The notes beneath the pieces are model-generated. The model had not been told where the DNA came from and searched no databases. It saw only the letters and a program-made list of their open reading frames with translations. From Lepidodermella squamata (taxonomy: Eukaryota > Animalia > Gastrotricha): a stretch of 64,000 nt of DNA. Every line of letters starts with the position of its first letter. The stretch's first letter is position 1. The stretch covers positions 1,488,001 to 1,552,000 of the forward strand of contig JBLDXI010000011.1 of the NCBI GenBank assembly GCA_047495785.1, in the 5' to 3' direction. Position numbers and translations under genes: made by a program. Below, in pieces: positions 22,777 to 34,800 of this stretch.

Positions 22777-24319
22777 ATGAAAGCGTTTATTATCAACTCA
22801 TTTTTCATCATCATCATCGTTGCGACGTGCGGCGGCGCTATTTTGACGCTGGCGTGTAATTTGAATAGCGACACCGGGCCGCCTACACCGTCTGTTAAAT
22901 CAGCGCCAAAGTCGAGAAAATTCGTCGTTAAATCATCGGCCGTCAATGAGGTGGTGGCTAATTCTACGTGCGGATATTTCGCGACTTCGCGACGCATTTT
23001 CGAACGGAATTACATATATGGCAGCCGTATAGCACTGCAAAACGAGTAAATATTTTGGAAAAAAAATCGAAGAAAAATTCGAAATTTTGCATTCTTGGTA
23101 CCGTAGCGAGGAGTAATTCGGGATTTCAAGGATAAATATTCAGCTTTCGCTCGAAAAATTTGAGGATTTGAATCAAGATGACTTTTCATGATTTTTTAGA
23201 ATTTTTCTAATTTTACCTGATTTTTTGGAAAAATTTAAAACGTTTTCAGCTGAAGGAATTTTCAAATTTGAGGAAGCGCCTAATTTTTCAAAAAATAGTC
23301 TTCAGCTTTATAATTGAAACTGGAATTGAGCTTTTATTTTAAGATTTAGGATACCTTTCACTCCAGTAGCTCAGATTTAAATTATTATTATTTTTAAATC
23401 ATTTTGGGCCATCTTGGCATCATTCCCATAGGCCTATACTTTTGAAAGTGAGAGTGAATTTTAAGAAATTTAAATTTCAAATTTTAAATTTAGCCTCGAT
23501 TTATTAAGAAATTCTTGAAAATTCAAATTTGAAAAAATTTAATTTCGAACAATTTTCAATTTAATTAATTTCAATTTTTTCAAACTTAAATTTTCAAGAA
23601 TTTTTTTTCACAATTCCAGGCTACCTTGGATCGTTCAACTCGTTGCACTGAAAAGCGACTATTCATACGACTTTTTGTGCTCAGCGCTGGTTGTCCAGCA
23701 ATCCTGGCTTCTCACCTCAACGCCATGTGTCACCCTGTCAAACTTCACCAGCCGTAACTATGACAATTCAACCCTGATCGCGGCTAAAATCGGCGAATCG
23801 ATAATCGAAATCACGCGGCGAGTCAGTCATGTGAAGCGTAACGTGACCCTCCTTAAATTAGCAATTAGCTCGAAAATCGACCCGATTTGCTGGCCGAGGA
23901 CTTGTGTTGAAGACCCGTGTTCCCTCGGCGATCCAACCCAAGTTCGAATCATTCGATCCACCGCCTTGAATTCGACAAGTGAAAAATTTCGAGCAATTTT
24001 AAACGCAAATCCGGCTCAATTAGTCAACCGTGTCGAATGCTTCGAAGAACTGCCGAATATAACTGATTCGATAACATGCGCAAGGCAGATGGGCGGGGGT
24101 CAATCGCCGCTGGATGGCTGCAAATTCAGCGATGGCGGGTCGGTTTTGGTCGCGACGCAATCAACGTTGGATAAATCGGTTTATCTGTGCGGCTTCAGCT
24201 CAAATTTACAGCCGACTGAATGCGGCGATACTGGGATGAATGATGAAATTATGACTTTTAGCCGAGTTTGTATGCTAGCGACGTGGATTAACAACGTTAC
24301 TTCAAGATTTCGTGGTTGA
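22777..24319 (+). CDS. Secreted trypsin-fold serine protease homologue (non-catalytic); exons 22777-23045 and 23620-24319
   Basis: Hydrophobic N-terminus, CG..IYGSRIA activation-like site, LPWIV, CSALV..WLLTS, PICWP, FSRV..LATWI; all three triad residues substituted. Confidence 0.8.
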
Positions 24320-24443
24320 ATTTCGCAAACCTGGAATTTTTATGAAATAAAGAATTGTTGTAATATTTTTAAATTTTATTAAATTGAAAAATATTTCAAG
24401 TTTTAAATATTTTTTTATTGATCACGATTTTGAAAGATCTAAT

Positions 24444-24895
24444 TTAGTCGAAACCAGACATAATTTTGGCCAATTCCAAGCCATCGTCCCATTCGGAAAC
24501 TTTGCATTTCAGCTGAACTCGACCAGGCTAGCCCGAATCACTCTTTATCAAGGTATCGAAACCGAAATTTCGCCGAGCGAAAACCCGATGCCGATTTGAG
24601 GGCAGAGCTAGAACAGCACAGTAGTCGTTTGTACCGTCGCCAATGTACCAAATTTCGGGTTCTTGACCTTCTCCGTATTTTTCGATAATTTTCTTCATTT
24701 CAGATCCTGAAATTTAGAATTTTAGAATTTGCGAATTAAAGCGAAGTTGATTAAAAAAATTCACCTTTGCAAATATGGCGCGGACATAGCTCTGAGTAAC
24801 AACTCCCTGATTTAGCCCGCTCAGCTTGCTCCGGGACAGGCTCCATTCTCAAGCAGCCGTTTAATCCGCGGAGGTTGTTTGCGCGCACGAGTCAC
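24444..24895 (-). pseudogene. Decayed PHOSPHO1/PHOSPHO2-like HAD phosphatase (3' part)
   Basis: Manual translation ...CYSELCPRHICK|GSEMKKII..WYIGDGTNDYC..VFARRNF..W; intron 24764-24707; in-frame TAG at 24530-24528; upstream region stop-ridden. Confidence 0.75.
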
Positions 24896-25897
24896 TATGT
24901 GCGCAGCTTAGTGGCGCAACAGTGGCTCAGTGAGCCAAAATGAGCGAAGGATTTATATAGTGATAAATGAATACACGATATCAGCCTTCAGCTCTCAGTA
25001 TCTGTAGATTTGATCGTTGATAGGTACTAAAGTTTGCGAAATTTTTAGGCGGTTCAAAAGCAAAGGGCTTGTAATTTCTTGAATGTCTCTTTTGATCGCT
25101 CTTTTATTGAATAGCCATTCACCTTATACCGGCAGCTTTTTATGTGACAGTAAAAAAACGAATCAGGCGAGTATTTGGAATAGTTTTGAAAAAGCATGAG
25201 AATAGCTATGCTAAGAAGCCGGTCGTCGAAGTTTCAAATGCGATTCAGAATTTCATGGTTTCAGATCAACGTGATGCTCCAAGCTCCAATTACGATTACG
25301 GCTGAAAATTGAATTCTTTGAAATTTTCCCCTTGAAGGAAAGTGGAAATTTCAGCGCTAAAAGATGACCCAGTTTGATAATTTTATTCCAAATCTCAGCA
25401 AAGTATCAAACCTAACCCTGAAGATCAAAACTCACAAAAATCGTTGTTCTTCATACTTTTCCAATTTTATTGTCAGTTCCTTCTAAATCACAGTCACAAG
25501 TCACGGTCACAAGATGCGCAAAAAACTACGTAGAAAAATTATACCGAGTAATAAATAGAAGATTCTTTAATTTTCTTTGAACTCAAAGAGTGTTCAAATT
25601 TGTTTGAATGAAGGATTAAACAAACGACGATAACAATGACAGGAAAAGTAAGATTTTCATTTAATGCGATGAAAATAGCATTTGAAAAAAATCAAAGAAA
25701 TTCACTTGAAAATCGGAAAAATCTGAAACCAGAATTTTTCTTGGAAATATATTGATATTTTAAAAATCAAATCAAAATCAAATTTTTTTGAATTTCTTGA
25801 ATTTAAATTTTCATTTGTTGGTTTCAGATTTCTTCGAATTGTTTTCAAAAAATTATGGAAGTCCGTTGTGCAGGTTGCATTATATTTCCAATATTTT

Positions 25898-28800
25898 TTA
25901 TTTCCTCGCACTGCCCGGCCGGGCGGATAGCTCAGCATCATCCGTCAGAGACTCGCCGCCATCATCATCATCATCGCCACTATCGCCATCACTCAAGACG
26001 CCCGAGTACAAGGCGCTAGAACCCGGCCGAGGCACAGGCGACCCCAAGGCCGATGATTGCCTAACAGCCCGTTTCGCAGACGACGACCTCGGCGTGAGAG
26101 CGGCCGAAATCGCATCGCCCGGCTTGCGGCTCTGAAGCCACGACTGCATAGCCCGGCATTGCTTCAAGCAATTCTGACCCTGCTCCATCTCCTTTTCGAG
26201 CAGCTTCACGTCAGACTCGGCTAATTTCTTCCAACCAGCCCGGTCCAACGCCGGAATTAATTCCGATCGGTACCGCCGGAACGGCACGGGCTCGTGCGGC
26301 TTCAACGGGTTCAAACTCCGCCGGTCTCGCTCTTCAATAGCCCGCCACGCCAGGCGAGATGTGTGCTTTTCGATTTTATCACACGCTTTCACGAGGTCAT
26401 TTTCGTACCTTCGCAGCGAATCGGCGAGAGAGTCGATATCGATTTCGTCATCGCCCGCCCCGGATAGGTACCGAGCCGAGCCGCTAGGCATGACTTCGTC
26501 GAGAATTTTCGCTAGCTCGTCGAACTGGTGGCCGTGGTTGCTACGCGCCGAGTCGGGTGTTACGATGTTATTTGCGACTTTTCGCTGCAGGGCGAACATG
26601 AGAGGCGCTAGGACGTCGAGGGCGAGGAGGCGTTTTGCGGCTAGGCCGTGGCGGGCTAGCCACCTCGTGACGGTTCGGCCGTCCAAATTGCTGGATGAGG
26701 TGGTTGATTTTCGAGTTGTAGAAACAACCCGGGCGGACTGGGCTCGTTTTTTGACCGATCGGCTAGGAGTCTGAAACATCGAAAAATATAAAAAAAATCA
26801 GGGAATTGAAGAAAAATATCACACTATCACAAGCAATTTATTAATTTTTTGAATAACCGGTTCATATTTAGTTCAATTTTAAATTAACATTTAATCCTTT
26901 TTTGATCATTTGATCTGATCAATTTTGAATTTGGATTAGCTCTTACAGATTCGCATATTTTCTTTTTCATGAAGTATATTTTTCGAGAATCCTTGAACCG
27001 GCTTATATGACACCGCATTTCGAGTATATTAAGCCCAGTGCTAAATTATCCTATTTTCCCATTAACATATTTAACAACAAAAGCCTTACATTTACAATGG
27101 CCACACTTGTGGGTTAACATAAGAGCCACAACTAGACAAAAAACAATGCCACCTTCATTAATTTTCGCGCATAAAATGCTGCTTAAATTAAAACTTCTTC
27201 AGTTATCAAATTTAAGGCAATTGTTAGCGATTTTAGCAATTTTAGCCATCATCATCGTATCAATTCTCGCGATAATTTTTACAGTGCAAAAATCTACGAA
27301 TTTACAACGGATCAAAGATGGCATGGTTAATTACGGCGAATTTTTGGACTTCAGCAACGCGACAATCAGCAATCCAGTTCAAAAATCAACGGCTAAAAAA
27401 TCAAAATTTGATCAACTCGATCAATCTCTGCTTCAACTAAACGAGAATTTCATACCAAAAATTCTGCATCAAACTTGGAAACGCGAAAAATTACCGGAAA
27501 ATTACGAAAAATATCGCGAAACATGGCTGAAATTTCACGGCGAAAATTGGACTCATCACCTATGGACTGATCAAGAAAATACGGAGCTGATTCGAAATTT
27601 CTACTCGTGGCTGTTGCCAATTTACGAAAATCTACCCATCGGAGTTATGCGGGCTGATCTTATGCGTTATGTCTATATGCATCGATACGGCGGGATTTAC
27701 GCTGATTTAGACATGGAACCCCTGAAACCGCTCGATTTTCTTCTGGATAACGCAGAATATCCCGTTATTTTAGGCTACATGTCCCGATCAAGTACGGATC
27801 AGCACAATATCCCGGCGAGTTTGATCATTTCTCAGCCTGGCCACATGTTATGGTCTATTGTTTTAGGCAAAATAATGGAGAATGTTAAAAAATATCCGAA
27901 AAATACGAGGCCTGAGTACATAACTGGGCCGTTTGCATTTCATAAATCGATAGTTAGCTACCTTGAATTGAGCCCATTTTACAACAATTCAATGCAACCT
28001 GGCGAAGCGCTGGGGAATTTGACGGAAATTGTAGCTGATTTGCAAATGTTGGCGCCTGGTCTTATTTTTCCGTACAATTGGGCGATGAAAGATACACATG
28101 TCGGGAAGCTGTGTTCGGCCGAGTCGACGGATCACAATTCGGAGAGGTGTAAGAAATTTTTCCCCGATGCATATACGATTCAATATTCTGGCTATTCGTG
28201 GAAGGAAGAATGGGAAGAGTTTATTAATGACAATTTTGATGGCGCATTTAGTATTGCAATTGACTGATATTAATACAATTCAATAGAAATCAATTTGACA
28301 AAATAAAAAATATTGAAACTGATTATTTTTCAAATTTCTACGGTTTTTTATTCAGAAAAAAAGTCTCTAAATATTCAAATTATTTGATCATAAAATAATC
28401 ACGGGTCGAGTAGGGTAAAGTGACCTAATTTTGCAAAAAACTGGTCACAGATGTTTGAAGCCATCGATATCGAAGGCCCTCGGTCATAGAGAGCTCTTCT
28501 TTTGCCAGTAGGTGCCTTGGGTATGGAACTAAATAGCCCCAAAAGGAAATTTTCAAAAAGCTCACTATTGTGGCGCAACACCTGTCGCAAACAATCGCGC
28601 CAACGGTTTTGTAATTAAGGGCAATTGCCCCAATTATGCAACGCATTTCGATTTTTCGTCCTACAGGGTGGCCGAAAAATTGGGCAGAGCGGGAATTCAC
28701 TGCGCATCAATTTAATGAGGAGTTTTAAGAAGTTGAAGAATTTCAAGCATTCTTTTGCCAAGGGAACTCCTCAATTTCTTGAAACTCCTCATTAAATTGA

Positions 28801-31800
28801 TGCGCAGCGAATTCCCGCTATGCGGAATTTGTTGGCCACCCTGTATACTGCAAACGTGGGCAAATTTCAGACAATTTTTCTGGAATCAAAAATTTGACTG
28901 AAGTAGTGAAAATTAATTTCTAACCAGTTTTTTTACTAACAAGCAATGAATTTAAACATGACCAACGTATTCTGCGGCCTTTGTTTGACCATAAATTTTT
29001 TGATTCCAGAAAAATTGGCTGAAATTGGACCACGTTTGCAGTATAGGACGAAAAATCGAAATGCGTTGCATAATTGGGGCAATTGCCATTAATTACAAAA
29101 CCGTTGGCGCGAGATTGTTTGCGACAGGTGTTGCGCCACAATGGTGAGCTTTTTAGTTGCGTTTTTCAAAAAAATTGACTTAAAATAAATTTCAAAATTA
29201 AATTTTATCCTGAGCTCATAAAATATTCCGATGGGCTCATTCGATGGTGATTCAAGCTATGGATCAAGTAATTACACCAGCAAGTTTTGAAATGGAATGT
29301 TAGCTTTTCTTCATGGCTTCATGGCAAAAAGGTTATGAACCGCAAACTTTTTCCCATTTTTTTTACCTTAAAATTAATTTCAAAATTACTTATTTAGCAT
29401 AATCATATTTCGATGGGCGAGAGATGGTGGTGATTCAAGGACTTACATACTATGCAAATTTTGGAAAATACTGACTAACTTTTGACCGACTCTTAATTTT
29501 TATTTATCAATGGATTAATTAAATATAAAAAATAAGAGATTCATGGCCTAATTTATTTGTGGGCAGTTTAAATCCTAAGCATTAAAGATTCGGTAACAAA
29601 AATAATTTCCCTCGCTCTCTAAATTTCGCCAGTTTTAAGGAATTTCGCCAGCGTATTATAACATAATTATAATTTCCGTAAAAAAATAGCGGCGAATACG
29701 TCGATAAATAATATTACGATACCAAACTTGTTTTGGAACCACACGTTCATGCATACGTTAGGCCTCAACCTTTGCCCTTCAATTAGATGCGAATTCAGCA
29801 CTTTCGACGTGACCTCGGTACATTGCATTATGTAGACATAATAATACTTGGGCCTTTTTTAAGAGTCAAATTTCGATAAAAAATGGTCGAAATAGCTCAT
29901 GCCTTTAACAGACAGTAAATGGTGTCGATGCTACGCAAAACTAAGAATTACTGCGAAAAATAAATAATTTTGATCAAAATTCGCTTCCACCGCATCGGTA
30001 GCGTAAAATGGTTAATTTCGAAGTGATTGTGTAACTCTCCTTACGCAACAGAGCTTCATGGCCCTCGTTTAAGAACTAGTAATTAAGCGAAAAGAACATT
30101 CGTCGCATTTACACGAGCTACTTCGTAATTATCGATGTTAAATACTTCAATTGTTGCGTCATCATTTTTACTTCAACTCAAACGAGTTTTGTGTGAAATT
30201 TTTATGGGCACTGTTAGCAAGTTTAACACTCAAATTTTGCGGTATCAAGTAATCACATCGTCGGCTGGCACTTGATCTATACAATTCTCCCGCTTGTAAA
30301 TAGAAATGATCGATTTCGCAAATGTATAAAAATTCTTAAATGCTGCCAAAATCCTCCTAAAATGAAGTATGCAACGAATCGCGTCACTGCGGCAGTTTCA
30401 AGTCACCCTGTATTGAACAGCGTGTCCCATGAGTAAGAATACACGAAAACGGGTTCAGAAACTCTAGAATGCCAGATGAAGTCCCATCTCATGGCCAGAA
30501 ACATTTTAGAAAAATTCGAAAAATCACGAGAATAGTAATCAAGTATGCCACTTGTCAATGGGATTAAAAATGCCACCCGGAAAAATGTTGTCCAATCGGG
30601 TAAAATACTAAAAATTACCGAACCAGATACCATCGGGGGTTTCCGGGTTTTCTTCGGAAAATTTAATTTATGATTTTTATACTTTTCGGTTAAATCGCGG
30701 ATAAAACATGGAATATTCTCTCGGTAGGCTTAATTTAATAAAATTGGTTGAATTTCCTGCGAAAAGTTGCGAGATGACAAAACAGTTGCGCAACCTCTGG
30801 GCTCTAGGACACGATGTAATTCGAAAAAATACCTGGAAAAATGTAAAAATCGGAAATATTGATAATTTCGAGATTTTCCAATGATTTTCAAGGGTTTCGT
30901 TGACCGTTCCATTTTACATTCCAAGCAGGAGCTACATTGAATTTTCTAATATTCATGAGAAAGTTCTCCCTAAATTATTTGAATAATATTGGAATAACCA
31001 TAGCCACTGCTATTCAATCAATTTTGATTCGCTTCGATCTAGATGTATCGGATTTAGATAATATTTTTCAAGCTTTCAAATTATTTATACTCTTTCTCGG
31101 AAAATTCGTAAATAAATTCGTATTTCTTTTCATAGCAAGCTAGAAGCGAGGTGTTAGGCATAGAACTCAGTCGAGCTAATTTTGAGATATTTCTTCACGA
31201 CCAAGAGCCAAATATTTTGAATTTGTTAATGAAAAATGAACAAAACCACGCATTCAGTCTTTCGTGAAAATGATTGCGCAACAGTTAAAGTAATTAACTT
31301 GGACAACTATGGGTAGCCTAGTGTAAATGCGACGATTGACGTCGTTTTTACACGACGGAGGGGTACGGAGGCGTTCGTTAACGCCATTGGTTACTATGCT
31401 CTATTTAGAGGCTCTGTTAAGACAAATTTCGATTACGCAACTAAGGAATTTCGGAAATTTGATGTCGATTTTTTTGCAAAGAGTCAAGAAAGCGATTTCG
31501 AAAACGAATTTTTAAAGTAAAATTTTTTCTTTATTGGTACTTGAAAGTTATTTTTACTTGTAGCCTCAATTGGTCGAATATTTATACACGCCGAATTTCT
31601 TCAATAATTTAATTATCTAATTAAACTTCCTAATTTTTAAATCGGAAATTTGATGAGCAAAGAAATATTTGACTGTCAACCCGAACGTCAACCCGTCGAT
31701 TATTTTTTTAAAATCGGTTCACCTGATTTAGATGGTCACGGATTGAGAATTTCGTGATCTACAACAAATAAAGCTTGTCCCATAATTTACGCGACCATTT

Positions 31801-34800
31801 TTTAATTTTGCAAATTTTTGGAATAAAAAATCCGAGGAAAATATTGGATCCTTTTTATCTGCGATGGCCACGTGGCCGAAAGAAATTCAGCTTGTTCCAT
31901 GAGTTATCGTTATTGATTTTTGCTATCACGTTTTCAGAGGAAATTTAACTGAATTTCTTCAAAATCAAACCTACCTATGGGAAGAATCTTCCAGCATCCG
32001 CGATTTACCAAAGAAATAATTGAAAATTTACGGGGAAAACCTGGAAAACTCCTCGGTCATTTTGGATATTTCACACGAACAGAAGATTTATGATAATTTT
32101 TAATTTTTAGTCGTCCCCCATATCGACCTCTAAAATATATAAAACACATCGCCGCGGCACTTGCTTGAGGAGCGACATGTGTAATAAAAATACAACAAAT
32201 TTTGATGACACATTCGACATCAAAATATTCTTCACAGCAGTGAAATATGAGTGAAATTCAGCGAAATGATTTCAGACATAACCACGAAAATTAATTTGCT
32301 GGCAGCTTCAGCCCAGCCTAAACATAATTTCCTTTGGCTAAAACTCATTTTTCAGTTACAAAAATTACTCAGGGCATTTTCATTCTGAAAACCAATTAAA
32401 AGTTGAAATTCAATTTTTTCGTGAGAGCGCAGTTGCGTAATCAAAACAGAGCGTCTGGCAACTGATGGCATTAACGAACGCCTCCGTAACCCTCCGCTAG
32501 TCTAAAAACGACGTGAAAAACGCGACTTTGAAAATTTCCTTTTTGGGGCTATTTAAGCCCCTTTTACACTACACCATTCGAATGGTAAATGATGGTAATT
32601 ACTCCATTGTTAGATAACAGTGATTTGCTTGCTTTTATTTGATTTTAACGTTTTTTTTCGTTGCTTTGAGAGAACTAAAAAGAATAATTAGAAACATTTT
32701 GATTTTTTGTGACTGATTTCATAAGGTGTTGCAGCATGCCCATTTTCCCGTGAAACTGATATGAATCCTGGGCTTTATTCAGCACTCAAACAAAGATTTC
32801 TCGCCTTTGCATAATCGAACAAAATCCGCCAAGTTTTTTGTAAAAATTATTTTGGTAACATAATTTCCTTTGCTTCATCACAGCGATCTCGAGCATTTTC
32901 GCGTCAGAAAATTGTCTGTAAGACAACTTTTGAAGATTTTTTAAGGTGTTCATTGCCATAGAATTTGCCGTAAAATTATTCTCAAGAGGGTCTTACTTTT
33001 AGTCGCATGTTGAGGAACCAAATTAATTTTTAAAATTCACGATCAATTTCGAGAAAATATTGGTCGCAAAATTCCCCGTGGTTTTCAGTATAAGGCACGA
33101 TTTGTTTGCGATTTGTTTTTTAAATTTAAAAATTGAAAACAAATTTAACCTGGAAATTAGGCCTCGGTGTTGATTTTAGGCGTATTTTTACCTTCAATAA
33201 TTCGAAAATTATTTCTTGATGCGCCAAGATTTTTAAGCGATCAATTAATAACCAGATTATCTTTTAGCAAAGCCAAATTCGTCAGTGGCGGAACCAAAAT
33301 TGGCTGTAGCGGACCCAAATTTCAAGACTTTATTTTTCTGATCATTTACTTCGATTTTTTTATCTTTTTAAATTAATCTGGAAATTTCAGAAAATTCGGA
33401 AAATGCTTTTTAGGCGAATTAATCACTCAAATTACCGTATTGCTGCAAATACTAACCCGGGCTTATGCAAAGTTGGAAGGCCGAAAATCTCGCAAAACTG
33501 GGCTTCTATTCGAGGGTTATTAAACGAGCGTGGGTCAGTATTTGCAGCAATACGTAGTTTCCGTTTCCGGCCAAATTTTGTTCCGCAACAGGCATTTTTG
33601 GTTCCGCTAAATTTAAGACCCATTAATAATTATACAGCAATTTTGCGTCAAGAAATACCTTGAAAAATAATTGGAATACCCAAAATTGGCATCTCGACAA
33701 TTCCCGACGTGGAGAAGCCGCGAGTTCATCGCGAGGTGAAGAAACAAGGAAATTTGGTCCAACAAATTTACAGTAACGCTTCGCGGAATCGTGGAAAATT
33801 CGCGGAATTTACACGATAATTTCTTAAATTCATTAAATTCGGCTAGGTAGCGAATAAAGCTCAGGCATCCTATCCGGTTTGACGGAAAATTAATCAGGTG
33901 TTGTAAATGAGTCGCAGAAATACCCACGTTAACTGGTTTTAATTATGTTTAGTTCTCTCAAAATCACGATAAAAGCGTGAAAATTAGCAAAAACAAGCTA
34001 ATCCTTGTTATTCAACACACGAGTAATTACCATCAATTACCATCATTTACCATTCGCATAGTAGTCGTGTAAAAGGGGCTTTAGTTCAATACCCAAAGCA
34101 CCTACTGGCAAAAGAAGAGCTCTCTATGACCGAGGGCCTTCGATATCGATGGCTTCAAACATCTGTGACCAGTTTTTTGCAAAATTAGGTCACTTTACCC
34201 TAAATTGATCAAAAGAGGGCGCAAAGTGGGCATTATAAATTGTGGGTTTCTGAACTAAATTCAAGGCTACAGCTATTGATTTACCAAAAATGATCAATTT
34301 CCCCCATTTTCCCAGTAATTTTGTTCTTGTAATTTGTTCACATCATTCCTTTGGAAAAAGGATGGAATATGACTGGATCTAATTTTGATCATAAGTCTAG
34401 GAGCCTCTAGATCAATGATTTTGAATCAAATCGAATGATTTTTTCTTCAACCATTTTCTTCAAATGACAAGATTTCGTATTAAGATTCGGATTCTCTGAG
34501 ACTCGAGGGCAAAAATGATAAATTTATGAGTTGTATTGGTCTATTTCTTGCCTGAAAACTTGAACCAAGTGTAAATCAAAACAGCTAGATCAAATTCAGA
34601 TAAGACCCAATGACGAAAAATGATGTCAAATCAAATTTAAATCTATTTCACTTGAAAATCAAACAATCATACCGAATAGCGTTGATCAGAATCGTAATCG
34701 CCCGGTGACTCATCGCCAGAGTAATACGCCGGCCGCATGCCGAGTACAACAGAATTACGGCCAGCTAAACCCGGCGAAAATCCGCGATCTTCTCGCACCA

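Larger units (their letters stand above)
28413..34200. mobile_element. Large non-autonomous TIR element (~145-bp TIRs, TA TSD; tentatively Tc1/mariner-type) carrying nested insertions
   Basis: ta|gggtaaagtgacctaattttgc... matches ...gcaaaattaggtcactttaccc|ta; right TIR continues at 32520-32555 once the nested Harbinger MITE is removed; no transposase ORF. Confidence 0.85.
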
